From Torpedo marmorata (Eukaryota), in the NCBI GenBank assembly GCA_977017645.1, contig OZ360252.1, positions 14,632,001-14,696,000 on the forward strand: a stretch of 64,000 nt of DNA. Direction: 5' to 3'. How positions within the stretch are numbered: position 1 is the stretch's first letter; every line of letters starts with the position of its first letter. Shown here piece by piece: positions 62,350 to 64,000 of the stretch. Position numbers and translations under genes: made by a program. Under the pieces are notes generated by a model. The model saw only the letters and a program-made list of their open reading frames with translations, did no database searches and was not told the origin of the DNA.

Positions 62350-63115
62350 CGCTGCCAGAGCTGCTGTAACGGCAGCGCTGCCGCTGGTGCGGAGCCACGG
62401 AGAGCGGTAGCGGAGATACAGCGTTCCATGTTGGTTCCAACCGCCCCGTCTGACTATTTCGCTCCGTACAATCTTTAAACTGCCTGTAAATGGAGCCGAC
62501 GGTGGTATTATTTGAACATCCCGCGACCGCGGGGTCTGGCCCAAGATGACGGCGCCTGTGATCGGCAGCAGCCACGAGGGGATACAGTCTCCAGGTAAGC
62601 GAACACCAGAAAACGGGGAGACCAACCCACGTTTGAGAAGATGAAGCAGAGGAGACCACCCACGGGACGGTGACCACGGCAGCAAACTAGTGAGGAGTTC
62701 TGAGGCTGGAGAACACACAGGCGGCGGGCTGTTGATGACTCGGGGCGAGGGACATATGCAGGCTGCGGGCTGCTGGTGACTGCGGTCGAGGGATTCACAC
62801 CAGGCTGCGGACTGCTGCAGACTGGCTCGAGACTGGCTGAAGGGGTACCAGGTATCGGAAACGGTGTGCGAGAGGGTGACGAGGGCGCTGAAGGTTTCCT
62901 GATCGGTCGGACGTTCCGATCTGGAGCTCGGGCTGCGGATGGTTTGGACTGGACTCTGTGTGGCTGCGGGAGCGCTGGAAGAGAATCCACGGACACTCGC
63001 TGATCTGTGGAAACTCTTTTGCTTCTCTTTCTCTGAATGTAAGAGGCAGTCTAAAGCAAATTGTATGTAATATTGCACGGTTTTATAACATGGCATAAAG
63101 GAATCTTGAGTTATC
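62350..63115 (+). repeat. GC-rich ~0.8 kb repeat, copy C
   Basis: ggagccgacggtggt...cccgcgaccgcggggtctggcccaagatgacggcgcc...ggtttggactggactctgtgtggctgcgg, shared with copy B. Confidence 0.75.
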
Positions 63116-64000
63116 TTTCGTTCTGTTTTTATTAACACAAATGCTGCCCATTCTGTTTAATATTCACTCTGTTTCTCCGTCCTCAGATGCCGCTGTCCTG
63201 ACGATGGTTTCACTCAAATGTCTATCCAAAGTTTTGCGTTTCAGGTGAAGTTTACGAAAGTCACAAAGAATCCAGTCACTAAATTGACAGAAAACCTTAC
63301 ACCTGAATGCAGCACGTGGAACGACATTTGGAGCAAAGCTCAAAACAACTCTTTTCCACACAAACACGGGAAAGTGCATTGAGATAAAAAAAAAATATTT
63401 GTCGCTTTTCTCCGGGCACATTAAAGGGAAAACTGAACGTTTAATTTGAATCATAATGTCACACGTTTGAGGAAAACTGATTACAAATTAAACTCCGCCA
63501 TTCTTTGTAAATTTCAGTTCCACCATCCTCCCATATGTGTGTTTAAGATTAATAACGAATTAATATGAATGTTAAATGTTCATTCTCAATCAAGGTCACA
63601 TTTAATGATGAAATATATAAATCCTTCCCAATAACATGATAGTAAATACAGTTTTTGAACTCCTTCATTTCACTGCATCGCACGGTGTGTAGAAAGAGAT
63701 GTGACCGATAATCATCAGCATCAGGAATGTGTTCGCCGATTCAGTCAGCAGCAGCTGCAGGTTCGGCTCTCTTCTCACACGCTGACATTACACACTCCGG
63801 CCTCTGAATATACTCTTTCCCAGCAACGACTGTCCCTCTATTTCTTATGAACCAAGGCTAATAATCTTATTCGAAGATGAGCTCACAAGAGCCGTGGGGT
63901 TAATGTGCAGGCGATTTGAAATGACGGAATATATCAGCGTCAATTTGAGGAATTCCCCTCTTGCCAGAAATATTGACGGGAAATTACAATATCACCATCA

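Noticed and set aside
63949-63958. NF-kB site (GGGGAATTCC, minus strand)
   Set aside because: Several such degenerate 10-mers are expected by chance in 64 kb, and the TSS is unknown
1-64000. CRISPR array, rRNA, operon-like or defence system
   Set aside because: Spliceosomal gene structure and vertebrate repeats throughout; no regularly spaced direct repeats or rRNA signatures seen

Overview
Repeat-dense vertebrate genomic DNA, most likely from a cartilaginous fish (shark/ray), inferred from the repeat families (HER1/CR1 LINEs, V-SINEs, Penelope-like elements, Tc1) and a GPR139-like GPCR. Two host genes face each other tail-to-tail. (1) A two-exon + strand GPR139-like class A GPCR (21425-23077), intact except for one missing T in a T6 run. 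(2) A - strand multi-exon type I membrane receptor (at least 29693-56152) with seven group-B SRCR domains, one TM helix and a tyrosine-motif tail (CD163/WC1/SCART-like); all 13 exons I could define are symmetric phase-1. The rest is transposon-derived: two convergent Tc1 copies, Penelope-like elements with hammerhead-ribozyme cores and inverted pLTRs, nested CR1/L1 fragments, a GC-rich ~0.8 kb repeat family in three copies, and a local duplication with CTCF-like motifs. There is no rRNA, true tRNA, CRISPR or prokaryote-type system. All calls were made by eye without database searches; repeat boundaries are approximate unless a TSD or TIR is quoted.
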